A stretch of 56,088 nt of DNA, taken from contig CAZAKL010000003.1 in assembly GCA_964486025.1 (NCBI GenBank), positions 1 through 56,088 on the forward strand. The letters run 5' to 3'. Source of the stretch: an uncultured archaeon. GTDB lineage: Archaea > Iainarchaeota > Iainarchaeia > JAADDC01. This document shows positions 8,041 to 17,373 of the stretch, one piece after another; the first letter of the stretch is position 1; each line of letters starts with the position of its first letter. The notes beneath the pieces were generated by a model, which ran no database searches, was not told where the DNA came from, and saw only the letters and a list, made by a program, of their open reading frames with translations. A program made the position numbers and the translations under genes.

Positions 8041-9593
8041 AGCTGTTCCTCCTTCGCGTAAATGGAAAGAACGACGTAGACCCGGTTTTTGATGTCCTGC
8101 TTGTGCCTAAACAACAACTTCATGATTGGTATCTGGTCCAGTATCGGAACACCGGTTGAAATCCTCTTCGTCCCGTCCCAGACCAGACCCCCCATGACGA
8201 TTGTTGAGTTGCTCTTCAGGACTAACTTTGTGACCTCTGAGGTAATAGATGTTCTCGGAATTTGGATGGGATTGCCGTTTGCATCCGTGAACGTTTTGTA
8301 TCCGTCAACGGAAGAGATAGATGGCTGTATGGTCAGGAATATCTTATCCTTTTGAACATAAGGCTTTACATAAAACTGGATTCCGTTAAATGCAAAGCTA
8401 ATCTGCGTGTTCATCGTTACGGTAGTTCCGAGACCGGAAGAGGAAACTATCGGGTTGTAGTTGACGTATGGCTCGTTTGAACCGCGGACTATGAGTGCGG
8501 GAACGAGGTTCAAAGTCCGTATCTCAGGAGCAAGTATCTCTCTCACGTCTCCTATCTGGCTTAAAAACTGGAAGATGGCGTTTGTGAAGTCACCGGTGTA
8601 GCTGATTGAGAACACAGGATTTGAGAGTGCAGAGGACATCTTCAGAACGAACGTCTTGTTCGTTCCGTGCTTGATGATTCTCTGCCAGTCAACGCCACTT
8701 TCAAGATCCTTGCTTGTCAAAACGAGCATAAGCCTTGCCTTTATATAGACCTGCTTATCTAGGACCTTCCTTGCCTTCGCAACGTATCTCTTTATCGCCT
8801 CAACGACGCTTGGGACGTCCCTCACGTAGAGGATGTTTGTATTCCAGTCAATCTGAATCTTCCCTTTATTCGTCAGAAAGCTCTTAAAGAAGTTCAAGAC
8901 GTCTTCCTTCTTCAGCTTGTTTTTAAAGGACACCTTGGAACCAGAGGATATTCCTGAACTACCGGTAGTTGAGGAAACCCCAGTCATAGTGGTCGTTGAA
9001 GACTGGGAACCTTTCAGAATGTCTCCACCCAATTCGTTTTCTATCACGTATGATTCGAATCCTGCCGGAAGCTGTATGTAAGCCTCTTCAACGGACTTTA
9101 CCGTGATAATGCGGTGCTTTCTGTCAACGCTGCAGACGTATCCAGCCTGCCTGACTATCTGGTTGCAGGCTTCTTTCACGGGAAGATTTCTCACAACCGC
9201 AGTCACAGGTGCATTTACGTTCACGCCGTCGTCGAAGCTGATTGAATAGTCAGAGCCGAACGTATACGTGACTGCCGAAGCAAGACTCATGTTCGTTCCC
9301 ACGAATGTGTATAGCTTTTCTGTTTTCTTTTTAGCTGTTAAAACTTTTTTTCCTTTAACGTTTTTTTTGACCTGTTGATGCTTTGATTTTTTATCTCCCA
9401 CTTTTACCGGCAAAATGTCACTTCGGTGCTCAAGCTCCTGGAGTTTCTGCATCCTGTCGGCAATCTTCTTAAGGGCAACTTTGAGCTCATCCTTCTTTTT
9501 CGGCTTCGGCGGCGCAACTGCTACGGGTTTCTGCTGTGATGCGCACCCAAAAGAGAAAAGTATTGCTGAAGCAAAGAAGATAACTTTCCTCAT
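8037..9593 (-). CDS. pilQ: Secretin (PilQ/GspD family), lipoprotein form
   Basis: Lipobox LFSFGC. C-terminal secretin signature GVPILDQIPIMKLLFRHK...VYVVLSIYAK. Confidence 0.85.
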   Translation of the reverse strand: MRKVIFFASAILFSFGCASQQKPVAVAPPKPKKKDELKVALKKIADRMQKLQELEHRSDILPVKVGDKKSKHQQVKKNVKGKKVLTAKKKTEKLYTFVGTNMSLASAVTYTFGSDYSISFDDGVNVNAPVTAVVRNLPVKEACNQIVRQAGYVCSVDRKHRIITVKSVEEAYIQLPAGFESYVIENELGGDILKGSQSSTTTMTGVSSTTGSSGISSGSKVSFKNKLKKEDVLNFFKSFLTNKGKIQIDWNTNILYVRDVPSVVEAIKRYVAKARKVLDKQVYIKARLMLVLTSKDLESGVDWQRIIKHGTNKTFVLKMSSALSNPVFSISYTGDFTNAIFQFLSQIGDVREILAPEIRTLNLVPALIVRGSNEPYVNYNPIVSSSGLGTTVTMNTQISFAFNGIQFYVKPYVQKDKIFLTIQPSISSVDGYKTFTDANGNPIQIPRTSITSEVTKLVLKSNSTIVMGGLVWDGTKRISTGVPILDQIPIMKLLFRHKQDIKNRVYVVLSIYAKEEQL

Positions 9594-9594
9594 A

Positions 9595-10563
9595 TTACCT
9601 CCAGGGGAAGATGGGTTTTTCCACGCCTTTCGGAACTGGTGGCTTGGAAAGTCTTGCTGATGGCATTCTGGCAGTATTGACTTTTACAGGAACTATCAGC
9701 TCAACAGGCTTGAAGAAAATCCTCCCGCCCCTGCTGAAAGACACGCCGTCCTCTTTCACTGCAACGACGAGAGAACCGTCCGGAAGCATGTCGCCCTTCT
9801 TCACGACAAACTCTGCGCCCTTTTCTCTCACGACAGCCTTGCAGGTAGAGTCGGAACATATCACCGAAATAACCCTCACGTTCAACGGCTCAACTGCAAC
9901 CGCAGGGTATTTAGCCCTCTTCTGTCTTTCGAGTTCAAGCCTCAAAGCTTTTATCTCAGCTTCAAGCTTTGAGTTCTGATCCTTCTTCTCCACTTTGCCC
10001 TGAAGCTCCGCAAGTTTTCTTTTTTTCTCAGCCATTTTTACTTCAAGCTCAAGTATCTGAGACTGGAGTTCCTTTATCTTCTTCTCTCTTTCAAGTTCCG
10101 ATATTTTGATGTCTTTACCGGTAAAAACGTCCGTTACAGGCTTAGGCTTTTTAGCCTGCTCTTTCACCGAAGCTGTGGTTCTCACCAGTGCTGATCTTTC
10201 AGGTGAAACTTTTGAAGGCTCCAGCCTGCCAGACTGCTTTGCAGAGGCACGGACAGCAGAGGAACGGTTAACGGACGGACGCTTCGGATTTTCCCCCTTT
10301 GCGACGTTCTCCTCCTCTTTTTCTTCACTTACCTTCTTCCCAACAGGATGGTGGGAAGGGGCGGACGCCCGACGGACAACTACCGTGTTGTGAGGCTTAA
10401 AAGAGTTGAACTCCGCCCTTTCCTTATATATTTTGTATCCTGCGTATCCCGCAACCGCCACCAGAACGAGAACGACGAGCTGCAGCTGCTTCTTCTTATC
10501 TTCAGGGGCTACCCCCTCTTCTGTTTTCCTACCCTTCAGCTTCTCCAGAAGGTCTTTCAGCAT
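9595..10563 (-). CDS. Bitopic coiled-coil protein with a PilP/GspC-HR-like C-terminal beta domain
   Basis: TM LVVLVLVAVAGYAGY, long charged coiled coil, C-terminus AVVREKGAEFVVKKGDMLPDGSLVVAVKEDGVSF. The ATG at 10563 is preceded by GGAGGAG. Confidence 0.5.
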   Translation of the reverse strand: MLKDLLEKLKGRKTEEGVAPEDKKKQLQLVVLVLVAVAGYAGYKIYKERAEFNSFKPHNTVVVRRASAPSHHPVGKKVSEEKEEENVAKGENPKRPSVNRSSAVRASAKQSGRLEPSKVSPERSALVRTTASVKEQAKKPKPVTDVFTGKDIKISELEREKKIKELQSQILELEVKMAEKKRKLAELQGKVEKKDQNSKLEAEIKALRLELERQKRAKYPAVAVEPLNVRVISVICSDSTCKAVVREKGAEFVVKKGDMLPDGSLVVAVKEDGVSFSRGGRIFFKPVELIVPVKVNTARMPSARLSKPPVPKGVEKPIFPWR

Positions 10564-11443
10564 CTTCTCCTCCAGGCACGCAGTATTTTGCCCAGCCGTA
10601 TCCGAGGTCAAGGCACGTTCCACCACCCATCATCAGCGACATCCCTTCGACATTGAGAAACTCAGGTTCACTCTTCGCAACGAAAACGGGAATGTTTCCG
10701 AGTTCCTCAAACAGCTTCTCGTCAAGGTAGTGAGCAACGCCGCCTATTATCACGACCTTTTCAAAAGGAATTGAAAGGTTTGAGAATTCTCTTTCTATGA
10801 TGTTTACAAACCTTTCTGTAAACATCTCTATTGCTTTCTGCTTTTCCTCGTTCAGCTCTACCGTGCTGAAACCTGCAGAAAAGAAACCCTGTTCAAAAGC
10901 TTTCTCTATCAGTCCTCTCGTTGTTGGAACTTCCGGATACTTTTCCTCAATCTGCTTTCTGAAATAGGAAAGCAGAACCGCCATTGAGGCTTCGTCGTAT
11001 AGGCTCTTGCAGAATTCAACGCTGTCGCCTGCCAGGACCGCCGCATTCAACGTCCTCATTCCGGCGTCCATCAGCAGGACCCTTTTTGGCAGGTCAACCT
11101 TTCTTCTAAGAGCGTAGAGACCGGTCAGTCCTTGAGGTAGAACCTTCTTATTTGTCTTTTCTTCAAGTTCTTCTACTATCCCTCCACCTTTTTTCATTGA
11201 TCTGTAAAAGTCCTCAAGAGGAACGGAAATTGCGTCAACTTTCTTTCCGGTCTTCTCCTCGACATATTTGATAAAAATGGGATATGCCTTAATCAGTTGC
11301 TTCGTTGTTGCTATGTGGGAACACAGGTGGGGTTCCAGCAGTGCTGCGTCCCCGACAACGTAATACTTCCCTTCCACTTCAATGCTTCCGTCTTCCCTGA
11401 CGGGAACTGCCCTGTAGATGCTTCTCACCTTTCCCTTCTTCAT
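10529..11443 (-). CDS. Actin-like ATPase (PilM-like or ParM-like)
   Basis: Phosphate-2-like LLMDAGMRTLNAAV and adenosine-like VVIIGGVAHYL. First gene of the pilus block, but also preceded by an RHH protein and iterons. Confidence 0.55.
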   Translation of the reverse strand: MKKGKVRSIYRAVPVREDGSIEVEGKYYVVGDAALLEPHLCSHIATTKQLIKAYPIFIKYVEEKTGKKVDAISVPLEDFYRSMKKGGGIVEELEEKTNKKVLPQGLTGLYALRRKVDLPKRVLLMDAGMRTLNAAVLAGDSVEFCKSLYDEASMAVLLSYFRKQIEEKYPEVPTTRGLIEKAFEQGFFSAGFSTVELNEEKQKAIEMFTERFVNIIEREFSNLSIPFEKVVIIGGVAHYLDEKLFEELGNIPVFVAKSEPEFLNVEGMSLMMGGGTCLDLGYGWAKYCVPGGEDAERPSGEAEG

Positions 11444-11506
11444 GTCCGTCCTCCTCGTTATGATTATTATAACAAAAATAATGCAAAATTGTTTCGCATG
11501 GACCGA

Positions 11507-11929
11507 TTAATCTTTAAACTTGAATGGAAAATCAAAACCCTCCTTTTTCTCCGCGTCTTTCTCCTCCTGTTTCTGGGTGGGTTGAGAGAGAACGCCTTTA
11601 ACCGCTTTTCTCTTCGGCTCTTCCTTCGGGTATGTGCGTTCGTTCCTGATAATCAGAAAGGAAATCAGCGAAGAAAGGGTGAACTTGCCGTAAACGTTTT
11701 TCAGCGTCTCAACGTCTATGTGGAACATGACCTTTTTCCTGACAGGGGAAGGTTCGTATTCCGTCATGTATTCCCTGAGAATTGCGCCGTCCCCTTCAAG
11801 GCAGTTCCTGACAAACTCTTTCAGTAGTTCGTTAACGAGTTTATTGCCCTCCCTGTCCTGAGCCTTGCGCTTTAAAACTGAAGCGGCGTCAATATCTATG
11901 TTCGTCGTAATCCTCGTTTTAAACTCCAT
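11507..11929 (-). CDS. Tandem ribbon-helix-helix DNA-binding protein (ParR/TraY-like architecture)
   Basis: Two strand-helix-helix units: KTRITTNIDIDAASVLKRKAQ...LLKEFV and KKVMFHIDVETLKNVYGKF..LSSLISFLI. Basic, disordered tail. Confidence 0.5.
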   Translation of the reverse strand: MEFKTRITTNIDIDAASVLKRKAQDREGNKLVNELLKEFVRNCLEGDGAILREYMTEYEPSPVRKKVMFHIDVETLKNVYGKFTLSSLISFLIIRNERTYPKEEPKRKAVKGVLSQPTQKQEEKDAEKKEGFDFPFKFKD

Positions 11930-11934
11930 TCCTG

Positions 11935-11969
11935 CCCCCTCTGGATTAATTCACAGGGGGATTATACCA
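11935..11969 (-). promoter_or_regulatory. Extended -10 promoter with an abutting inverted repeat (candidate autoregulatory operator)
   Basis: On the minus strand, TGGTATAAT lies at 11969-11961. The inverted repeat CCCCCTCTG (11935-43) / CACAGGGGG (11952-60) covers the likely transcription start and the SD GAGGGGG. Confidence 0.45.
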
Positions 11970-12027
11970 CCAAGTTTTACATAGGTATAGTTATATCGGT
12001 TAATTATCAGGTAGAACTTTTCTGTTC

Positions 12028-12087
12028 TAAATATATGTGTAAATACAGACTAAATACACCTCTGATATGTAAATACAGGGTAAACAC
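12028..12087. repeat. Iteron-like array of TAAATA(C) motifs with ~11-bp phasing
   Basis: TGTAAATACAG occurs at 12038-12048 and 12068-12078. TAAATA/TAAACA units start at 12028, 12040, 12051, 12070 and 12081. Confidence 0.6.
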
Positions 12088-12099
12088 GGTAATTGAATA

Positions 12100-14139
12100 C
12101 TAAAAACTTCCAACTCTGCGCAGCTCTTCAAGGTCTTCGAGCAGTTCCTCGTCAGGCGGTAGCTGTTCATACTGTCCGGAAAAGATGACTTTTGCGACTT
12201 CAACCTTTTCCTCTTTTGAGAGTTCTTCATACATAGGATCACAGAGCAAACGGACAAGCCTGTCTATCCTCTTCATCTCTGCAAGAACTTTCAGCGTTTC
12301 AACGTATCCAATCCTTGCCGTTTCTTCGTCTTCAAGGAACTCAATGGATGGTTCATCTGCAGGCTCATCAACGAGTTCTTCTTCGTCGTAGTCAAGGCTA
12401 CACTCAACGCAGCTCTCACTTGCAGCTGCTTCCTCAAGCTCTTTCAGTCTCTTTTCCTTTGCTATCTCTTCAGAGCTTCTCAGGATTTCAAGAATTTCCT
12501 CGCTGTATCTGACGACGGAACGCTCGTAGGAAAGGATTTCAACCTTTCCTTCCTTCTTCGGTTCGTAAAAGTCAAACCTGGTCCTGAGGAAGTTTTCCCC
12601 CTGTATGACTATTCCCTCGCCCACGTCAAGCTTGTATATGGTTTCCGGTGGAATCAGGTAGTCTTCCTGAAGGGTTCTTCTTTCGTCCTCTTCCGTGATG
12701 ACTTCCCTCTTCCTGAAGTCGGGAATCATTTTCCTCACTCTCGGAATTCTCTCTTTGAAGAAGTCGTAAACAGCCCTTGAGCCTTCCACCCTCATGATGA
12801 TTTTGGTGTGGGAGTTGGCGAGAATTGAGTTCAGGTATCCTTCCCCATACTTCTCTTTGAGCGTATCCCAGTTCTGGTCGGCTATGATTACGCCGCCGCG
12901 GAGGGAGCGCACCTGCCTCATGTAGTCGTCTATGCCGACAATCGGCGCCGTTCCGTGTTCGTCAACGATAATTGCAAAGGGATTTTTGGGCTTTTCCCTC
13001 TTTTTCTTTTCCTTCAGCTCTTCATAGTCGCCCAGCAGACTCTCACCTAAGAGAATGCCCGTAGCGGTTCTGATGCTCGCGAGAATCAGCCTTCCTATTG
13101 CTTCTTTGGTTTTGTCGGGCATCTTCAGCGCTGGCATGTGAACGTAGAGAATTCTGTTCCTCTGAATGACGTCTATCATGTCTATGTCGGGGTTGTCCGT
13201 GTCAAAGATGTGCGCGTATCTGAGGGATATGTCAGAGAATATTTCCTTCCACTGCTGCAGGGCGTAGCCGTGCTGGGCGAGCAGGTCCGTTCCTATCTTC
13301 TTTATAGCCTGTGCACCCTTTTTTCTCACCTCGCCAGAGGGGTCAAGGTCCTGAAGATACATCAGGAAATACATCTTGTATTCTTCGGGGCAGTCGTTTG
13401 AAAGGAACGCTTCAACGATTGAGGAAAGCTCAAAAGATTCAAGGAATAGCTTGAGATTCGGCTTTCTCTTTTTTATGTCCCTCAGGTAGCAGAAGTTCCT
13501 GGCAGCTGCATTCATAAGGAACCTACCCCTTCCCTGCCAGTATTCCATCTCGCCCTTTGCGGGTGCGAGAAGGAAGAAAAAGAAATCCGCTATTTCCTGA
13601 GGATACTTGAGGGTGGCAAGGGGTGAAAAGGTGTGAGTTTCTCGGGTAACTGCAGCTGCAGGCGACAGGTTGAGAACGAGCAGGTCCTTTTCCACACCGA
13701 GTTCTTTGCAGAGAAAGTATAAATTGTGAAAATCCTCGTCCTCTGCCTTGAAGTTTATGTATATGATTCCGTAGTGCAGCGTCAGAAGCTGCCTTATGAT
13801 TGTCCTGTAAAGGCTGGTTTTTCCCATACCTGTTCCACCGACCACTACCATGTGCCGGTGGAAGTAAAAAGGCGTAATCTCAACCGGTCTTCCGAACTCG
13901 TCCCTTCCGAGCCTGAAGAGCGCGTCGTTTCCGCCTATCCTCGTTTCTTCAAACAGCTTTCTGAACTTTTTAGAGTAGATGCCCGCCGCTACCGTTGCAG
14001 CTGCCGACAGGAAGAGGTCGTCCGGCTTAAACAGGGGTAAAACTGCAGAGAAAGCAGCGGTCAGCGTTGAAATGTCCGTTCTTACCTTCAGTTCCTTCGG
14101 CGAATACTTTCTCTTCAGCCTTTCTCTCAGGTATTCCAT
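12100..14139 (-). CDS. Type IV coupling protein (VirD4/TraG/TraD family ATPase)
   Basis: N-terminal TM segments, Walker A VVGGTGMGKTS, Walker B FAIIVDEHGT, GGVIIADQNWDTL, acidic C-terminal tail. The ATG at 14139 has the best SD spacing; the ORF extends to 14172. Confidence 0.8.
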   Translation of the reverse strand: MEYLRERLKRKYSPKELKVRTDISTLTAAFSAVLPLFKPDDLFLSAAATVAAGIYSKKFRKLFEETRIGGNDALFRLGRDEFGRPVEITPFYFHRHMVVVGGTGMGKTSLYRTIIRQLLTLHYGIIYINFKAEDEDFHNLYFLCKELGVEKDLLVLNLSPAAAVTRETHTFSPLATLKYPQEIADFFFFLLAPAKGEMEYWQGRGRFLMNAAARNFCYLRDIKKRKPNLKLFLESFELSSIVEAFLSNDCPEEYKMYFLMYLQDLDPSGEVRKKGAQAIKKIGTDLLAQHGYALQQWKEIFSDISLRYAHIFDTDNPDIDMIDVIQRNRILYVHMPALKMPDKTKEAIGRLILASIRTATGILLGESLLGDYEELKEKKKREKPKNPFAIIVDEHGTAPIVGIDDYMRQVRSLRGGVIIADQNWDTLKEKYGEGYLNSILANSHTKIIMRVEGSRAVYDFFKERIPRVRKMIPDFRKREVITEEDERRTLQEDYLIPPETIYKLDVGEGIVIQGENFLRTRFDFYEPKKEGKVEILSYERSVVRYSEEILEILRSSEEIAKEKRLKELEEAAASESCVECSLDYDEEELVDEPADEPSIEFLEDEETARIGYVETLKVLAEMKRIDRLVRLLCDPMYEELSKEEKVEVAKVIFSGQYEQLPPDEELLEDLEELRRVGSF

Positions 14140-14260
14140 CCGCATCCCCCTTTTTACTCGGACGGGGCGCAAATTTCTGATACCCCACTTCCATAAGCGT
14201 TATGTTAATGTATAATTATAATTAATTATGGCTAACGGGAACGGACAATCGGAGGACGAG

Positions 14261-15811
14261 ATGACTGTTCTTGTCGTTAAAGAGATAAGGCAGGGAAAGA
14301 AGCAGGGAAGCTGGTGGCTCAAAACGGAAAATGGGAACAGTCTCTACACCCTTGACGAGCGGTTTGTAGAGGAATTCAAAAAGGGAATCAGGAAGTTTGA
14401 AGCGAGCGTGAAAGAAGTAAAGAGCAAGAAAGGAAACAAGTTTTTCGTTGCAACCTACGTGAAGGGACTGGAACAGCCCAGAGCCGAAGAAAAGAAAGGA
14501 GAGAAAGCGCAGCCCCTGCCGGACTGGAAGAAAGCCGCCGAAAGGTTGAGGAAGGTTGAGAAAGAGATAACGTCAAGGATTCTCTTTTCCGAGAGGCAGA
14601 CCAGACTTGCGCTGCTTACATCCGTCGTGGGCGGGAACATGATGCTCGTCGGGGACGTGGGAACCGGAAAGTCGGCAGTCGTGGAACTCGTGGCGTCGGC
14701 GTTCACGAGCAACTACGGATATTGGCAGATGTCAAGGTTCACGTCACCCGAGCAGGTTTTCGGTTCTGTTGATCTCAAGGCGTTCAAAGAGAAAAATCAG
14801 CTCATATACAACGTTGAAAGCTTCAGAAACAAGGAATTTCTCATATTTGACGAGTTTCTCTACGCAGACGGAAAGGTAAGGGAAATCCTCAACGACGCTC
14901 TCGTTGCGAGGCGTATATCCCCCGACACAAGGGGACAGATGCCGATAAAGGCGAGAGCGATTTTTGCAACCGGGAACTACATACCTAACCTGACGGACCC
15001 TGAGGTAAAGCTTCAGGGCGACGTAGCCATTATGGACAGAATGAACATCATATGCTTCGTCACGATAGAAAGAGAAGCCGTAAAGAAGGTCATAGCCGAA
15101 GCGTTCAAGAACAGCAAAGTCGGCGAGAGAAAGTTTGAAACGCCGATAGCCTCGATCTCCGACCTTGAATCCGTCAAACAGAAGGCAAAAGAATTGTTGA
15201 AAAACAACGATAAACTCGCCTCTTTCGTTGCAGAGTTCACTCAAACGGTGTTTGAGATGCAGCAGAATTTCTTCCCGAAGGAATACCAAGCCTCCCTAAG
15301 GAAGTTGATTAAAGCTGGTTTTTACGCTGCTTCAAACGCTATCGTGGAAGGAAGAGAAGTAGTTCTTCCGAGGGACTTTTTACTCGTTTATTCCAGTCTG
15401 CACCCGAAGCAGGAAGAGGCATATGTGCAAGCTCTGTCTTCTTCAATGCCCTTTGAGGTCTTTGAGGATGCATACAAGATAGTTAAAGCAGCCCATAAGG
15501 CTAAAGAGCAGGGCATTAGCGCAAAAAAGTTTATCGTTTCCCTTGTCAAAAAGGGTGAGGATTTTTCCCAGCTTGAGGCGCTGATAACGTCAAGCCTGAA
15601 AGCCGTAAACAGCGTCAAGGGAAATCAGCTTGCAGAAAGCTACGCCAAATACTTTAAAGAAGCCGTTAGCTTTGATTCTGTTTCAAAGTGGATAAGAAGA
15701 GGACTCAGGGAAGCAAAAAACGACGAATCCCTTCTTGAGGAAGTAGCTGCCAAAGTTGAAAAAATATCCGAAGAGGAAATTGCCAGAGAGTTAGAAGAAA
15801 TAAAGATGTGA
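14261..15811 (+). CDS. MoxR/RavA-like AAA+ ATPase with an extra N-terminal domain
   Basis: Walker A MLVGDVGTGKSAVV, Walker B FLIFDEF, sensor-1-like AIFATGN. GGAGGA lies 5 nt before the ATG at 14261; the ORF-track start at 14228 lacks an SD. Confidence 0.7.
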   Translation: MTVLVVKEIRQGKKQGSWWLKTENGNSLYTLDERFVEEFKKGIRKFEASVKEVKSKKGNKFFVATYVKGLEQPRAEEKKGEKAQPLPDWKKAAERLRKVEKEITSRILFSERQTRLALLTSVVGGNMMLVGDVGTGKSAVVELVASAFTSNYGYWQMSRFTSPEQVFGSVDLKAFKEKNQLIYNVESFRNKEFLIFDEFLYADGKVREILNDALVARRISPDTRGQMPIKARAIFATGNYIPNLTDPEVKLQGDVAIMDRMNIICFVTIEREAVKKVIAEAFKNSKVGERKFETPIASISDLESVKQKAKELLKNNDKLASFVAEFTQTVFEMQQNFFPKEYQASLRKLIKAGFYAASNAIVEGREVVLPRDFLLVYSSLHPKQEEAYVQALSSSMPFEVFEDAYKIVKAAHKAKEQGISAKKFIVSLVKKGEDFSQLEALITSSLKAVNSVKGNQLAESYAKYFKEAVSFDSVSKWIRRGLREAKNDESLLEEVAAKVEKISEEEIARELEEIKM

Positions 15812-15816
15812 GGTAA

Positions 15817-17364
15817 GTGGGTGTGCTTTACGACTACTTCATGAGGCTCAGGAAAAAGAAAAACGATGTTGAAGACTGGTTTACTTACAGGGTTTCAACG
15901 GGAGCAATCCTTGAGATTTTTTCTTCAAAGTTGAAGGATACAGAACCTGAAAGTGAGGAGATCGGCAGGAACATTTTCACCTACTTCTACGAACCTTCTG
16001 TTTCTATGAAAGAAATAAAAGATGAAGTAAAGAGAGAAGCCGTTAAAAAGTTCATGGGAAGATTCGTAGAGTGGACAAAAGGACTAAAAATCCTCACCAC
16101 CGACGACATAACCAATGCCGTGTCGGCAACGTTCAGTGTTCTGAAGGGTGCAATCGGCTACTACACTACGCTTTTAGAAGTCATAAAAGCAAGGAAGAAG
16201 TTGGAAGAGGTTGGAGATAAAACCGGGTCGGAGGAACTTAAAGAGATTCTGAAGGATGCTGTGAGCGAGATAGATAAACTCATAGAGGAGAGTAGTTTTG
16301 ACCAAGTCACGGGCATGATTGATAGCGCTAACAGGATTATCAAGGAAGCGATCTCTTTCGCGGAGAGTAAGGGTCTCCACAAAGAGTCTGACGAGATGTC
16401 CAGTGTGCTCTGCGAATACGTCAGCCTGTCCTACCTGCCGTCCCAGAAAGAGATACAGGAAGGGATGGAAAGAGCCAGAAACCTCGTGGAAGGCGTCATC
16501 AGAGCTGCGGGAGACAATCCTGCTTCCGTCAGCAACTACGAAAAAGCCATATATACCCTTTACCTTTCAAGGCAGGATCAAAACGTTCTGAAGTATCTCG
16601 GAAACCTTCTTGAGGTTTCTGAGGGAATGAGAAAAAGGGAAATATCGGAGGACCGCAGCACGAAGAGATACGGAAGAGAAATAGACAAAGCCGTTCCGTC
16701 GCAAATAGCCTTTCTGCTTGACGGTGACCTTTCAGACCTTGAGATGAAGAAGATAGCGGAAGGAACCCTGACCGTTTACGGAAGCTCAGAAAAAGAAAAG
16801 GCAGGATACGGACCATTCGTCATGTGTCTTGACGTTTCGGGGTCAATGAGGGAAATGAGGGAAAGGCTTCTTAGCAGGGCGAAGGCGGTGGCGATTTTTC
16901 TCGCCCTAAAGGCAAAGAAAAGGGGAATTCCCTTCATCCTGATTCCGTTTGACAGTGAGCCGAGAAAGGCGTTCATTCTGCTCCCAGACGAAAAGGACTA
17001 TATCAAAAAAGCTTTTGACAGGATAGGAAGGCTGACAGCCTGCGGCGGAACAAACTACACCAGAGCAATAGAAAAGGCACTTGAGGAATCCAGGAAGTTC
17101 TCTGAAAACTACGGCAGGAAACCAGATCTGCTGTTTATAAGCGACGGTAGACCGCATGACGAGTATAACCCCGAAGTCCTCTCCGAAGCTGAGGACTTCT
17201 TTGAATCAAAGGTGTTTGTCGGAATAGAGTGTGAGGTTACAATGGGATTTAATAACTTTTTTGATAAGAGCGTCGTATTCTCCGGTAGCGACTTCCACGA
17301 AAGGATAGCCGAGAGCGTGGACGAACTGCTGGAGGCGGAGAAAGGCAGAGGATTAACTCTTTAG
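15817..17364 (+). CDS. von Willebrand factor A (VWA) domain protein (ViaA-like partner of the MoxR ATPase)
   Basis: MIDAS motif FVMCLDVSGSMRE, GGTNYTRAI, LLFISDGRP. Helical N-terminal ~330 aa. Confidence 0.85.
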   Translation: MGVLYDYFMRLRKKKNDVEDWFTYRVSTGAILEIFSSKLKDTEPESEEIGRNIFTYFYEPSVSMKEIKDEVKREAVKKFMGRFVEWTKGLKILTTDDITNAVSATFSVLKGAIGYYTTLLEVIKARKKLEEVGDKTGSEELKEILKDAVSEIDKLIEESSFDQVTGMIDSANRIIKEAISFAESKGLHKESDEMSSVLCEYVSLSYLPSQKEIQEGMERARNLVEGVIRAAGDNPASVSNYEKAIYTLYLSRQDQNVLKYLGNLLEVSEGMRKREISEDRSTKRYGREIDKAVPSQIAFLLDGDLSDLEMKKIAEGTLTVYGSSEKEKAGYGPFVMCLDVSGSMREMRERLLSRAKAVAIFLALKAKKRGIPFILIPFDSEPRKAFILLPDEKDYIKKAFDRIGRLTACGGTNYTRAIEKALEESRKFSENYGRKPDLLFISDGRPHDEYNPEVLSEAEDFFESKVFVGIECEVTMGFNNFFDKSVVFSGSDFHERIAESVDELLEAEKGRGLTL

Positions 17365-17373
17365 GAGGAAAAA

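Noticed and set aside
11935-11960. Interpreting the inverted repeats at 11935-11960 and 34071-34098 as RNA thermometers or anti-SD hairpins.
   Set aside because: In both cases the predicted -10 abuts the left arm, so the transcript probably starts inside it. An operator is the more parsimonious reading. The RNA reading is kept only as an alternative.
12027-12257. 76-aa ORF overlapping the 3' end of the coupling-protein gene and the iteron region.
   Set aside because: It has no SD. Its translation is dominated by the repeat array, and the region is better explained as non-coding iterons plus the T4CP C-terminus.
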